From the NCBI RefSeq assembly GCF_009914755.1, contig NC_060931.1: a DNA stretch of 64,000 nucleotides, one strand, 5' to 3'. A model generated the notes under the pieces. It was not told the origin of the DNA. It saw only the letters and a list, made by a program, of their open reading frames with translations, and did no database searches. Position numbers and translations under genes: made by a program. Positions 62,601 through 64,000 of the stretch are shown piece after piece (the first letter of the stretch is position 1; each line of letters starts with the position of its first letter). This DNA comes from the human T2T-CHM13v2.0 reference genome, Homo sapiens.

Positions 62601-63090
62601 TAGTCCAAATTCAGTGTAGAGGAAACAGATACTACCTCTTGATGGGAAGATTAGAAAAGTCACATCGCAAAAGGGCAAATTGTATGACAAGGATTATGGA
62701 GGCTGTCTTGAGAAATGAACTACCTTAGTGGCAAAGCACTAATTTGAGATATCTACAACTCAATTACAGACTCTCACTTAACCACTCATTAAAGACTTGT
62801 TCTCTAAATGTAGTGAACTTAGATTGATAACCCAATATCTGGACTGCCATTCTAAGTATGGGTATCTTCCTTACGATACCCATACACTTATGGCCACCAC
62901 TAGACTTTAACACCCGAAGAGTAAGACTCTATCTTAATCATCCTCTACATTCAGGATTGAATGTGATACCTGGCACTTAGTAACACCATAAAGTATTCAC
63001 TAATTACATTTGTTGAATTAATAAATAATAAAATTAGGTATTTATTGGGCACTCTCTTATACCAGAGACTATTCTAAATACTTCAGATGT

Positions 63091-63463
63091 TGTATTTGGC
63101 TGTTCTCATGCTGCTAATAAAGACATACCCAAGGCTGGGTAATTTATACAGAAAAGAGCTTTAATTGACTCACAGTTTCACATGGCTGGGGAGGCCTCAG
63201 GAAACTTAGAATCATGGCAGAAGGGGAAGCAAACATGTCATTCTTCACATGGCAGCAGGAGAGATAAGTGCAGCAAAAGGGGAAAAGCACCTTATAAAAC
63301 CATCAGATCTTGTGAGAACTCACTCACTATCATGAGAACAGCAGGGAGATAACCACCCTCATGATTCAATTACCTCCTACCGGGTCCCTCCCATGACACA
63401 TGGGGATTATGGAAACTACAATTCAAGATGAGATTTGGGTAGGGACAAAGCCAAACCATATCA
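63091..63463 (-). mobile_element. THE1 (C/D-like) solo LTR
   Basis: Minus strand starts tgatatggtttggct; 5-bp TSD gatgt at 63086-63090 and 63464-63468. Confidence 0.92.
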
Positions 63464-64000
63464 GATGTTTTGACTTATTTAAGTAGTACAACTCTGGCTA
63501 TAATTTGCCTAAGATTATATACCTTGTGTGCAGTGGCCCGGCATATAGATCTCCTTTATCTGGCTCCAGAGCCTGTGCCCTGAAGGCTTTGCTGCCTTAG
63601 CAAAAGAGTAAACAACTATAGTGAAGACAGGATTGAAAATTGCAGAAATAATGGACTTGGAAAAGGACAATTGTCCAAGGCATGAATCACTTAGAAGCAT
63701 TTTAGTATACTGGTTAAGAGTGTAGTCTCTTTTAGTTTCAATTTCAGCGCTGCCAAATACTATCTTGGGTGGGATGCTGTCTGAGTCTGTTTTCTCATCT
63801 GAAAAATAAGTCTAAGAATAGTGCTTATCTCATAGGGCTGTGGTGAGGCTCAAATGAGATAGGGCAAGTAAAGTGTTTCTCTTAGTTCTTCAAACATAAT
63901 GAATGCTCAGTGAGTATTTACCATTAATCACACAGACAAGCAATTAAAAAATGAAATGGCAAAACAGTGCTTAAAAGTAAAAATTGGAGTCAGATGTAAG

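Overview
Primate, almost certainly human, genomic DNA (a young AluYb8/Yb9 insertion is present). The window is repeat-rich and contains no intact protein-coding gene. It opens in a SATR1/SATR2-type satellite array (1-~3090, ~43 units of ~71-77 bp), and each unit is a long imperfect palindrome centred on GTGTACAC. Next to it is an intron-containing, minus-strand duplicated fragment of ZNF655: a 105-bp KRAB-B-like exon, a 472-bp intron and the zinc-finger exon. That exon has two frameshifts and a stop at its 5' end, followed by an open 320-codon zinc-finger frame. The ZNF655-like block is closed on its far side (~9004-9054) by a lone, inverted, near-consensus SATR half-unit that stops at the palindrome centre. 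Rearrangement scars inside the array also fall at palindrome centres. Together these suggest that the satellite palindrome is a breakage/recombination site that captured the gene fragment, which is the best candidate for an undescribed system here. The rest comprises a near-full-length L1PA7-like element, a two-LTR MER4A1/MER4-int ERV, several solo LTRs, about 15 Alus, a Y1 RNA pseudogene, a CTCF motif in a CpG-retaining pocket, and a candidate MARE/GATA/RFX enhancer. Repeat subfamily names and the ZNF655 comparison come from recalled consensus sequences, not database searches.
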